Program-made: the position numbers and the translations under genes
Shown here: positions 7,417-16,208 of the stretch, piece by piece
How the letters are laid out: each line of letters opens with the position of its first letter
Numbering within the stretch: position 1 is the stretch's first letter
Assembly (NCBI GenBank): GCA_040770465.1
Contig: JAXGJB010000044.1
Span: 1 to 22,739 of the forward strand
Reading direction: 5' to 3'
Origin: Methanothrix sp.
GTDB taxonomy: Archaea; Halobacteriota; Methanosarcinia; Methanotrichales; Methanotrichaceae
Length of the DNA stretch: 22,739 bases
Notes under the pieces: model-generated
The model's database searches: none
Told to the model about the DNA's origin: nothing
The model's input: the letters and a program-made list of their open reading frames with translations, nothing else

Positions 7417-7732
7417 CTGGGCTTCTTGTCCTTGAACCTGACTGATTACTTATGGGTATATGGATTTTTTCATAGTGACCCGAAACGGGTGTCGATAGCT
7501 TCAATACATAGCTTGCTATATTAAATTATTGATGGAAACTTCTGCACAGCCTCGATATCATCGGGGCGGAGGCCCTTCGACCTCCTGCCTCCGACCCCGG
7601 CAGATCGACCATAACCAGCATCTGTAACTGTCGCAGTCACGGCTCAACCGCCTTCCTGCCAAATCAGGATCAAATCGAGATCGGTTCCCTTGCTCACCCG
7701 TATTCGTCTCCGAGCCGCCAGTTACGCGGCCG

Positions 7733-8719
7733 TCAAACCCTCCTTCGGCTTTCGTTCAGGGCGCTGACCATGCCTCCGAATCCCAGGCTGACGGATGAAA
7801 GCTCGATCAGGAATCCGACGAGGGGTATGAGGAAGAGGACGCTCAAAACCAGGTAGCCCAATACGAAAGCGGGCGTATCTCCAAGGTCCTTGTTCAAAGA
7901 CGAGGCGATCCACCTCCCCAGGCTGAAGGAGACGAAGAGGTTTGCAACCAACAGGGCAGCAACGAAGAGGGCCAGGAGTAGAAAGCCCAGCGGCATTCCG
8001 ACGACGGTAACCATCGAGACGAAGATCAGAACCATCGAAGCCACGATGAGCCCAAGGCCCAATACCGCCCATTTCGGCGGAGATCTCCTGATCTCCCGAT
8101 CGACGGCAGATATGCTTTCAGGAAAGATTCTCAGGATCAGGACGCCGACGATGAGAAAGCCGAGGATCATAAGTATGCTGAAGGTCGATATGAAGGGCTC
8201 AGGCTTCCCGGCAGCCTCGTCTTCCTCCCACATCTGGAACTTCACATCGCCAGCTGTGCCTGTATTCTCGAAGTCTCCGGCGTTGACCCAGAGGGTCCCC
8301 GTCACGTTCCCCGCGTTGCGGACGTCGCCTCCGAAGATTGCGGCGTCCATACCGATATCCGAGGAGGAGAGTATCCGGACGGTCCCCCCGGCCATCACCA
8401 CGTTCCTCTCGACGTCGCCCCTGAGGTTGATGGTGCCGCCTGCAGCCAAGATCTTCCCGCCTACTTCAGAGTTCAGGTCGACCTCACCCCCGGCGACGAT
8501 CAGATCGCCTTTTATCGGGGCGTCTACGTTCACACTCCCCCCGAAGATGACAGCGCTATCCACCGGAGCGTTGACGTTCACTGTATCGCCTCCGGCGAAT
8601 AAGTCGTCGGCCACGGGAGAGTCGACGGATATCAGGTCGCCTTCCATGAACTCCAGGGCAGAAGCCGCCTCGGCAAACGCGATGATCGATGTCAGAAGCA
8701 GAACATTTAGCCATCTCAT
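7733..8719 (-). CDS. Membrane protein with extracellular bactofilin-like (polymer-forming) beta-helix and about 5 C-terminal TM helices
   Basis: Signal peptide, ~15-aa repeats (GDL..AGG.V.....V.G), then hydrophobic helices with VG.PLG and LIPLVG. GGTGA RBS supports ATG 8719. Confidence 0.8.
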   Translation of the reverse strand: MRWLNVLLLTSIIAFAEAASALEFMEGDLISVDSPVADDLFAGGDTVNVNAPVDSAVIFGGSVNVDAPIKGDLIVAGGEVDLNSEVGGKILAAGGTINLRGDVERNVVMAGGTVRILSSSDIGMDAAIFGGDVRNAGNVTGTLWVNAGDFENTGTAGDVKFQMWEEDEAAGKPEPFISTFSILMILGFLIVGVLILRIFPESISAVDREIRRSPPKWAVLGLGLIVASMVLIFVSMVTVVGMPLGFLLLALFVAALLVANLFVSFSLGRWIASSLNKDLGDTPAFVLGYLVLSVLFLIPLVGFLIELSSVSLGFGGMVSALNESRRRV

Positions 8720-8876
8720 CTGGATCACCATGCTCAAGTTGGCTTTTATAGGATAAGTAAATTATGTTTCAAAAGTACTCTCCCGCGGAGAAGATGCTCA
8801 ATTCAAGATTGATATGATGAAACGCATAAAAAGGGTCTTGTGACGGGGAGGTGCACAGCCCGGGTTTTCCGCTCCT

Positions 8877-9677
8877 TCAGGTGGTGACCTCGTAGGTGAC
8901 GACCACCTGGGACCTGACCTCCAGCATCCCCGGTCCGGAAGATGCGGCCGCATCAGATGAGTATGAGGGTCCGAAGAGATATGGTGAATCGGAGGTGGGT
9001 GATGATGGGTCGAAGGTTTCTGGCCAGCGGAAGCCGAAGGCATCCATCATGCTGAAGCCGAGCGGGTCAAAGCCTTCAGTCGGCTGAGAGACACTTGGAC
9101 TTGATGGCTCGAAGATCTCAAGCCTCTTCCCCAGTTTGACCCCCGCGGCGGAGGCGAGAGACCGGGCCTCGACATCGGCGTCTTCTACGGCCTTTTGCCG
9201 CGCCTGGGCAAACGCCCCGTCCTTCTCTTCAAGACCATACCCGGATATGGAGGCAATAGCCCCCTCGGCTCGCGCGACCTCAAAGCTCCTGTTGATCAGG
9301 GCCTCGTCTTCGGCATCGAACCTGATGGTGACCTCTTCGGTGACCCTGCTCACCGCCTCGTCCGCCACCATCAAAACCGTGGAGTTGTTATATACTCTGC
9401 TAGTGGTCTGGATCCTCGACACACTTCTTCCCCGTCCGGCCTGGAAGTCGTCCACGTCGACGCCGGCTCCGATGAGAGCCTCTATCGTCCGGTTCAGGGT
9501 TTCAGAGCAGTTCGAAGATGCCCACGTGAGGTTCTCATCTTGGGTCGTCGCGCTGATCGAGACGTAGACGACGTCGGCCGGGACCTGAACCGCCCCATCG
9601 CCGACGACGGTCAGCGTCGAGGCGTCCGCCAAGACTGTAAGAGCGAATAGGCTTAACAAAATCGCCACGGTCTTCAT
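8877..9677 (-). CDS. SIMPL / DUF541 domain secreted protein
   Basis: Signal peptide then LTVVGDGAV.VPADV..V, AR.KAVEDA...A..LA.AAGVKLG...EI.E and C-terminal PG.LEV...V.VTYE. Start placed at ATG 9677 (MKTVAILL). Confidence 0.88.
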   Translation of the reverse strand: MKTVAILLSLFALTVLADASTLTVVGDGAVQVPADVVYVSISATTQDENLTWASSNCSETLNRTIEALIGAGVDVDDFQAGRGRSVSRIQTTSRVYNNSTVLMVADEAVSRVTEEVTIRFDAEDEALINRSFEVARAEGAIASISGYGLEEKDGAFAQARQKAVEDADVEARSLASAAGVKLGKRLEIFEPSSPSVSQPTEGFDPLGFSMMDAFGFRWPETFDPSSPTSDSPYLFGPSYSSDAAASSGPGMLEVRSQVVVTYEVTT

Positions 9678-9811
9678 ACCATTCCCCCGGGCCGTTATAA
9701 GGTCGCATAAGACCTTAAAGTAAGCGGTCGGATGAAGGTTCACCTTCGCATTTCAGCCCTGCCGCCCAAAGGATGGGCCGGAACGCCGGATCAGATCACA
9801 GGTGACCCCTC

Positions 9812-10795
9812 TTGAAGAAGATTGATCCCACCAACGGAGGATGGTGGCGCAGGACCGGGGACCGGGCCGAGTCCCTCTTCGTCCGGGCCGACGGCTTTAG
9901 CCGCGGCGCTCTGAGCCTATCGATCGAAGCTCTGCGAAGCTTCAACGCGGCCCGGGGATCGGAGGCGGCGGCGGCGATCGCCTACTACGCCCTCTTCTCC
10001 CTATTTCCGCTTTTGATCATCCTGGTGGTGCTGGCCAGCCCCCTCCTCCAGAGCCAGGAGGTTCAGATCCAGATTTTGAAACTGGTGAGGGAGGTTCTGC
10101 CTCCAGGTGAGGAGCTGGCGAAGGAGAGCCTCCAGCGGATCCTGGAGCTGGGTCGCCTCCCATCGGCTCAGGATATGCTGAAGGAGAACGTCGCCCAGAT
10201 GATGATGCTGAGGGTGCCGGTGGGGATCGTGGCGGCGGCAGGCCTCCTCTGGTCCTCGACCTCCGTATTCACCGCCCTCGCCCTCAACGTCGATCGGGCC
10301 TGGAGAGGGGCGACCCGAAGGAACTACTTGAGATGGCGCCTCCTCGGCCTGGCCATGGCCGGAGGGTTGATGACGGTCCTCCTCGTCGTCTCGCTATTTT
10401 TGGCAGGCCTCTTCGGCCTCTTATCAGGGGTCTCGGGCGGCAGCACGCCCTTGTATCAGGCCTGGTTCTTGGGGACCCTCTCAAACCTCGTCCCCGTCAT
10501 CCTCGTCTTTTCCATCTCATTCGCCCTTTATCTCTGGGCCCCAAACACCGATGTAAAGCTGGACGAGGCTGCGTTGGGCGCTCTCGTCGCCACCTCCGCC
10601 TGGACGGTCAGCAAGATGGCCTTCTCGTGGTACCTGGCGATATGGCTTGCAAGACACCGGCTGGTCTACGGCTCCCTGGGAACGGTGGTGGCCCTGATGC
10701 TCTGGGTCTACCTGAGCGGGATGATCATCCTTTACGGGGCGCACCTCAGCGCCGCCATCGCCCAACGAAGACGGCGGCGGCCAGCTGGAGGATGA
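9812..10795 (+). CDS. YihY/BrkB family integral membrane protein
   Basis: AAAIAYYALFSLFPLL, LLWSS..F.AL...., LY.WAPN, GALVAT..W, VYGSLG.VV.LMLW.YLS..I.LYGA motifs. GGTGA lies upstream of the TTG start. Confidence 0.93.
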   Translation: MKKIDPTNGGWWRRTGDRAESLFVRADGFSRGALSLSIEALRSFNAARGSEAAAAIAYYALFSLFPLLIILVVLASPLLQSQEVQIQILKLVREVLPPGEELAKESLQRILELGRLPSAQDMLKENVAQMMMLRVPVGIVAAAGLLWSSTSVFTALALNVDRAWRGATRRNYLRWRLLGLAMAGGLMTVLLVVSLFLAGLFGLLSGVSGGSTPLYQAWFLGTLSNLVPVILVFSISFALYLWAPNTDVKLDEAALGALVATSAWTVSKMAFSWYLAIWLARHRLVYGSLGTVVALMLWVYLSGMIILYGAHLSAAIAQRRRRRPAGG

Positions 10796-10897
10796 GGAGA
10801 GGAAAGGGAAGGGACGAGAGGGTAATAAGAGAAGGCACCTCAAGATACGAGAAGGTAATACGAGAACGTGTCTAGTCGGATGGCATGAAAGCCGACA

Positions 10898-11404
10898 TCA
10901 GGGGCAGGAGATCCATTCCGCTGCCCCTTGAGAAGAGCTCTGGTTCGATCCCAGCTTGATCGTCATATCAATGGAGAAGACGCCCACTAGATCCGTTACC
11001 CTCCTGCCGTACTCCGCGGGGCGTCCGCTGCCTCCTCCCTGGGCCAGGCCGACGCCGGTCAAAGCTCCGCCAAAAAGTCCGGTTTCGTCGAGGCCCGGAG
11101 AGGCAGAGGTCGCGTTCTCATCCTGCGATCTGTTCTCCGCTCCGGGGTCGCCGAAGCTGGCGTTGAGGCTCTCGTTCTCCATCCCCGTCGTGTTCAGGCT
11201 CTCGGCATCAGCGGTGGAGTTGAGACTGAACCCGGCACCCGGCGACCAGTCGATGACGATCGCACCGCCTTCAAGCCGAAAGAGCCCCCCCGTCGCCCCG
11301 GAGCTTCCGCCATCCTCGACGGCCCCAGCTGGAAAGACGCAGATGGACAGAAAGAGAGAGAGGACCAGATAAGTCCCAACGGCCAGAAGCGATTCAGAAC
11401 CCAA
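10898..11404 (-). CDS. Hypothetical secreted protein
   Basis: Hydrophobic N-terminal signal, six N-x-S/T sequons and a C-terminal beta segment TDLVGVFSIDMTIKL...WISCP. TTG start is uncertain. Confidence 0.65.
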   Translation of the reverse strand: MGSESLLAVGTYLVLSLFLSICVFPAGAVEDGGSSGATGGLFRLEGGAIVIDWSPGAGFSLNSTADAESLNTTGMENESLNASFGDPGAENRSQDENATSASPGLDETGLFGGALTGVGLAQGGGSGRPAEYGRRVTDLVGVFSIDMTIKLGSNQSSSQGAAEWISCP

Positions 11405-11451
11405 TGACGCGCCCCCGGGATTATGGGGCGCACTGAGGATTAAGCCTTTGC

Positions 11452-11913
11452 CTACCTCTTCCCCTCCTGGATCAGGTTCTGGTAGGCCTCCGTCGCCAGC
11501 TCCCTCACGTCCGCCCCCATCTCTTTTGCCACCAGCAGGGCCACAGCGTCCAGGTTCACCAGCCCCTGGAGGGAGTCTTGCCTCTCATTCACCATGGAGA
11601 TGACCTCCTTTCTTTGCATCCCCGTGGCTGAGACGATCAGACGAACGCTCCTCTCGAAGATGTCCTCCTCCTTCGACGGGCTGAAGCCGACGGGAACCTC
11701 GGCCTGTCCCTCGTCGAAGGCGGCGTGGACGTAATCTCCCTCGATCCGGACGAGCCCCTCTTCGGCCGCCTCCTGGAGGAGCCCCCTCACCTTCTCAGGA
11801 GATCCCCACTTCAGGTCCAGAGATAGGGCGAAGACGAAGTCGCTTATCTTAAGGCTCTTCTTGTCCCTCTTCTTGAAGGGGGTGGCAACAAGATAGGCCC
11901 GTTCACGATCCAC
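11452..11913 (-). CDS. DUF2240 family protein
   Basis: VATPFK......DFVFALSLDLKW.SP..V..L...A.EEGL.....FD.....VP.GF.P and A.LVAKE.G.D. GTG 11913 is preceded by GGTGAGG; ATG 11925 is the alternative. Confidence 0.88.
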   Translation of the reverse strand: MDRERAYLVATPFKKRDKKSLKISDFVFALSLDLKWGSPEKVRGLLQEAAEEGLVRIEGDYVHAAFDEGQAEVPVGFSPSKEEDIFERSVRLIVSATGMQRKEVISMVNERQDSLQGLVNLDAVALLVAKEMGADVRELATEAYQNLIQEGKR

Positions 11914-11918
11914 GGGCC

Positions 11919-12146
11919 TCACCATCCCCAGAGAAAGTCCTCATCGCCATGGGGCCTTTGCACTTCTCTTTGCCAGAAATAGATGTCGATCAACGGTATG
12001 GATATGCAAAACCCGACCGAGATGATCTCCGCTTTGAGATGGAGAGAGGTTGGCCATCGGTTATAGTGCTCCAGCAAAAGATTGATACTGACCATCGTTA
12101 CACACATGGAATAAGCGAATAGCCCTAATTTTCGTTTATATCGCAC
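11919..12146 (-). CDS. Small hypothetical membrane protein (2 predicted TM segments)
   Basis: 75-aa ORF with two hydrophobic stretches, abutting the DUF2240 gene. GTG start; no recognisable family. Confidence 0.45.
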   Translation of the reverse strand: MRYKRKLGLFAYSMCVTMVSINLLLEHYNRWPTSLHLKAEIISVGFCISIPLIDIYFWQREVQRPHGDEDFLWGW

Positions 12147-12198
12147 CTTTGATGAAAATACCGAAACATTTATAGTTCCTTATCTTAGATATCACCTT

Positions 12199-12999
12199 AT
12201 GTTAAATTGTTTTAGGATAGAACTGCTATTACTTGTCGTAGCAATAGTGTTACCTATTGTGGCATTCTCTGAACCAGATTACAATACATACGATGCCTCG
12301 GAATTCAGCGTCGAATATCCTTCAGATTGGCAAGTTGAGAATAAGGTCTTTGAAAAAGGGAATTCGAGTTTCACTTTTCTCTCTGAAAATCGTTCAATAA
12401 GCGTTGTTCTTTCGCCCACAAATCTAAATTGTTTTTTAATTGGCTTTAACAGGGGAAATTTCTCTATCCCTAGAAATCAAGCCAATTTCTCCTACAGAAG
12501 ATTCAAACCCCCAGCAGAAAATGAAGCTCCTTTAGGGACACGTGAAAACCCGCTCCCTATTGGAGAGTATAGCCTCACCACATTTGATAAATGGAAAATA
12601 TCTGTCATAAGCGTCATTCCAAACGCAACTGATATTGTGCTTGAGGAGAACACGTCCAACTATCCACCAAAAGCCGGGTATCAATTTTTCTTAGCAAGAA
12701 TTAGAGCCTGCTATGTCGGCTCGGGTTCTGACGAATTTAAAGGTCCAATTGTCCCAGGCTCTGGCGGAGTACCTCTCAAGAGGTTGAAGGCTCTTGGTGC
12801 ATCAAATGTGGTTTACAAAAGGGACGACCTATGCGGTGTGATTCCCGATCCGCTACCAGATTCTGAGGTTCTCTCTGGCGAATGTCTCGAGGGATATGTT
12901 GGATGGGAGATAAAATCAACTGATGCTACCTCGTTGGTGATGTTTGATGGGGGCCCCGTAATCAAAGGCGAGCACAAATATCTCTCACTTGTACCTTAA
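12199..12999 (+). CDS. Secreted protein: short PsbP-like N-terminal segment plus DUF4352-like Ig-fold domain
   Basis: Signal peptide; YNTY...EFSVEYPSDWQV (PsbP-like start); GTRENPLPIGE...WKISV..V.PNAT..V..EN..N.PP.AG.QF..A.I...YVG; EV..G...EGYV.WEI. Codon usage is AT-rich. Confidence 0.7.
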   Translation: MLNCFRIELLLLVVAIVLPIVAFSEPDYNTYDASEFSVEYPSDWQVENKVFEKGNSSFTFLSENRSISVVLSPTNLNCFLIGFNRGNFSIPRNQANFSYRRFKPPAENEAPLGTRENPLPIGEYSLTTFDKWKISVISVIPNATDIVLEENTSNYPPKAGYQFFLARIRACYVGSGSDEFKGPIVPGSGGVPLKRLKALGASNVVYKRDDLCGVIPDPLPDSEVLSGECLEGYVGWEIKSTDATSLVMFDGGPVIKGEHKYLSLVP

Positions 13000-13015
13000 T
13001 GAGGGTTACAATATC

Positions 13016-13038
13016 AATTTCATTTTTTCCATTTTTAT
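13016..13038 (+). terminator. Oligo-T terminator
   Basis: AATTTCATTTTTTCCATTTTTAT lies just after the stop at 12999. Confidence 0.5.
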
Positions 13039-13282
13039 ATCCGCTTAAATCTTCTTAAGATTATGATTGCAAATGGCAGCAAACAACTTAAAAACATCAA
13101 CATAGTACAACGGTAACTTCATCTCCACTCCAGGATATGAGAAAAACGAGAATGTCGGAGAAAGATGGATGGATCCGGCTTTCTATCCGGCGCTTATCGC
13201 CGACACCGAGATCCGGATCCGCCCCCCCGCCAGCTTGATGGTCCATCTTCTCCTGTCTTGCGATCCCAGGTCCGTCCTGGGT

Positions 13283-14104
13283 TCACCAGACGTAGACCCA
13301 TATCGGGTTGCTCCAACCGGAGCGGCTTCCCCATACCGCTATCTGGTGCCATCCTTGGGCATCGGCCCCAAACCAGGCGTGGCGGTAGCCTGGATACCAG
13401 TATCCCCAGAACTGCCATGATTCATATCCGCTGGGGTACCTCTCATAAGACCAGAGCATCTGGTATTGGTCGTTCCTTATGATGGTGTTCGTCTGCTGGC
13501 CGTAGATCAGGGATGCGGGCCCGTAAGTCCACCTTCCGCAATAGTAGATCCACTGCTGAAGCCCGCCGCGGTACCGCTGGTAAGGCTGGGTCCCGCCGTA
13601 ATAGCTCTGAAAAGCCACCTGCGACCCGGCCCCAGACCCCGGGGGAGCCGCAAGGCCGCCGGGCGCCATGAGGCTGGAACCTCCCGGAAGTCTGCTCACC
13701 TCGAGCTCGGATAGACCCGCCCCGTCTTCGAGGTATGGGATAGAAGACCCCGTCGATGCAGAAGGGGTGCTCGAGGGCTCGCGGCCTTCGGGTCTGGTGG
13801 TGGTGGGCGTGCCATCCCGGAAGGTGAACTGCTCTGGCGTCGGCTCTGTTATTGGACGAGCCTCCTCCAACGGGCTCAGCCAGCCGTATTCCCACCCATA
13901 TGTCCAGCCGTCGCCCCATCGATACGACCAGGTATAATCCCACTCGCTTTGCCGGTCATCCTGCCCCGACCTCAGAAGCGGCCAGGGATCGTGATCGGGA
14001 TACGGATGCGGACCTCCATCCCACGACTGTGCCGAGGAGAGCGCCGCCATTAAAATGGTGGCAGCAAAGGCCAGCACGAATCCAGTTCCTATCTTTCTGT
14101 TCAA
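13283..14104 (-). CDS. Secreted Trp/Tyr-rich protein with C-terminal WF.AD beta-sandwich domain
   Basis: Signal peptide ending in SSA-Q, RBS GAGGTGG at 14111-14117 before TTG, P/S/T linker, and C-terminal YE.YP.G...GY...WFGAD..G.H......SN.I.V.V. Confidence 0.8.
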   Translation of the reverse strand: MNRKIGTGFVLAFAATILMAALSSAQSWDGGPHPYPDHDPWPLLRSGQDDRQSEWDYTWSYRWGDGWTYGWEYGWLSPLEEARPITEPTPEQFTFRDGTPTTTRPEGREPSSTPSASTGSSIPYLEDGAGLSELEVSRLPGGSSLMAPGGLAAPPGSGAGSQVAFQSYYGGTQPYQRYRGGLQQWIYYCGRWTYGPASLIYGQQTNTIIRNDQYQMLWSYERYPSGYESWQFWGYWYPGYRHAWFGADAQGWHQIAVWGSRSGWSNPIWVYVW

Positions 14105-14621
14105 TCATTCCACCTCGCTTTAAAGTCCATGGGCTATGGGAAATACGAATTCTCTCGGAGGTTACCCGCTCCGCAATCGAGCGATGGATAGCCCATCAAC
14201 CCTTTCCTGTACCAACATAATGCCGGCTTTAATTTATAACTTATCGCGATTGTATCCGGGATGCTGAAGACCCTTCCGATCCCGGCCTGGATCGCTGGGG
14301 CTCCACATCTGCTGATAGTCTGATAGTCAGAGGAGGAAGTTACCCCCAGGTCCAGAGGCAGAATTGGCCGCAAAGCTTATTCATGCATAGTCCTTTTAAC
14401 CAACCTGCGCATATAATTGAGTTAAAACCGAAATGGCTCGGGACGGAGCGTCCCTTCCATGGCAAGAAGACCGAAGGGTTCTCACCGGCGTTTCCAATCA
14501 GGGGGATGGCGCCGATAAGGACTATCGAAACCCTCTGGTGACGGGATCGTTCCCCGCCAGGGGAGAGATAGGCGGACCATCCGCCGGACTTATCTGATGA
14601 TCAACCGAGAGTGGTGCCCAG

Positions 14622-16208
14622 ATGAAGCTCTTAAGCCTGCTCGCCATCCTGCTCTTGCTGGTCGCCGTTTCCACGGCAGAGCTTGCGGCAGACGTAGATC
14701 GATTCGAATTGGAACTCCATCCTGGTGAGATGACCGAACGGGTCCTCGCCCTCGAGAACTCGGGGGACGGACCCATCCGCGAGCTCACCATGAGCCCCGT
14801 CGCCGGCAGTGCGAGAGATCTGGTGGAGATGGAGATTGAGGATTTTGAGATGCTCCTTCCGGGGGAGAAGGCGGTGGTGGATATCACCTTCACTTCGCCG
14901 TCGGAGACTATCCCCGGAACCTATTCGGGGTTCGTCTACTTCTTCGACGATGTATCCTCGCTGCCGATCATGGTGGAGTTTGTGATCGAGATCATCGAGC
15001 AGGAGAGCTATGGGGTCAGCTTCAGCATCGATGATGCGAGATCTGCCTCTTTGACCGCGGACCCTGATGAGCCCGCAGAGTTCGAGCTTCTGGTCAGAAA
15101 CGCGGGCCTCTTCAAGGACGTCATATCCATCGACGCCCCCCAGCTCCCGCCCCGATGGACGGCGACCCTCTTCGACGGCGCCGACGCCGTGGCCCTGCCC
15201 TACAACCTCACCCTCTCCTCGGGGGTGAGCCGGATCCTCGGCCTGGAGATCGCGGGCGGCAGGCCGGGAGAGACTCAGGAGATCGAGATCGAGGCGACGT
15301 CCCTTGGCGACCCCTCCAAGAACGCCACAGTGACCGCAGAGATCGAACTCAATCATGAGATCCGCCAGTATGAGGCGATCATCGACCTGCCGGCGGTTAT
15401 GGTCACCGACAGGACCCATACAGGATCCATCAGCATCGTTCTGAACGTCGACGAGCTGATCTCCGTCGAGATTGCAGCTCCTCCAGAAATTCTGGTGATG
15501 CCCGAAAGCCAGGTGATACCGGTCGGAGAGACGAGGTCGGGGAAGGGGGAGTTCACCCTCCTGGCCACCGAGCCGGGAAGGTTTGAGATCGAATTCTACC
15601 TCCACGACTCGTACAACATAAGCCTCCCCACCGAGAGCTCGGAGGTTCTGGTGGTGGATTCGGCCCAGTTCGCCATCGTGACCGGAGACGGCCTATTGTA
15701 CAGAGCTCTGGCCTTATCCTACTCTGAAGGGGTGGTGAACGATACCGTGCCCGTGATCACCCTCAAAGGCGGCGAGCTATCCGATGAAGACATCCAGCTC
15801 CTGGAAGAACTCCCCCTCGCCAAGGTCGTGATCCTTGGCAACGAGTCGGTCGTCTCCTCGGAGGTGGAGACGCTCCTCTCGGAGATGATGCCCACCGATA
15901 GGATAGGGGGCGACGACATCTGCGAGACGTCGTGGCTCTTCGCATCGACGATCTGGCCGAAGGGGGTTGACGCGGTGGTCCTGGCAGGATCGAACGAGTC
16001 GGAGGCATTTGCGGCATATCAGGAGGCGAAGAAGGTCGGTGCGCCTCTGATAATCTGCGGTGCCCCCCTCTCGGAGACGAGTTCTGCCGCGATGAAGGGT
16101 ATGAAGGAAGAGGGACTGTCCAGAGCCCTCATTGGAGGGGCCGGAGTAGATGCGAATGCTGTAGAGGCGCTGAAGGATGAGGGCCTCTCCATCGAGGAGG
16201 TGGGATAG
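14622..16208 (+). CDS. Secreted protein with about 3 Ig-like (COG1470/NEW3-like) domains and two C-terminal cell-wall-binding-2-like repeats
   Basis: Signal peptide; beta-sandwich motifs (L.PGE......L.N.G, PGTYSG, FEL.VRN.G...D). PVI...GELS......L.....KVVILG.ESVVS.EVE..L....DRIGGDDICETS and APLII match the CWB2 (PF04122) pattern. Confidence 0.78.
   Translation: MKLLSLLAILLLLVAVSTAELAADVDRFELELHPGEMTERVLALENSGDGPIRELTMSPVAGSARDLVEMEIEDFEMLLPGEKAVVDITFTSPSETIPGTYSGFVYFFDDVSSLPIMVEFVIEIIEQESYGVSFSIDDARSASLTADPDEPAEFELLVRNAGLFKDVISIDAPQLPPRWTATLFDGADAVALPYNLTLSSGVSRILGLEIAGGRPGETQEIEIEATSLGDPSKNATVTAEIELNHEIRQYEAIIDLPAVMVTDRTHTGSISIVLNVDELISVEIAAPPEILVMPESQVIPVGETRSGKGEFTLLATEPGRFEIEFYLHDSYNISLPTESSEVLVVDSAQFAIVTGDGLLYRALALSYSEGVVNDTVPVITLKGGELSDEDIQLLEELPLAKVVILGNESVVSSEVETLLSEMMPTDRIGGDDICETSWLFASTIWPKGVDAVVLAGSNESEAFAAYQEAKKVGAPLIICGAPLSETSSAAMKGMKEEGLSRALIGGAGVDANAVEALKDEGLSIEEVG

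Noticed and set aside
10796-10875. Purine-rich imperfect repeats (GAGAAGGTAATACGAGAA-like) between convergent genes
   Set aside because: Too short and degenerate to assign; at most a pyrimidine-rich terminator region on the minus strand.
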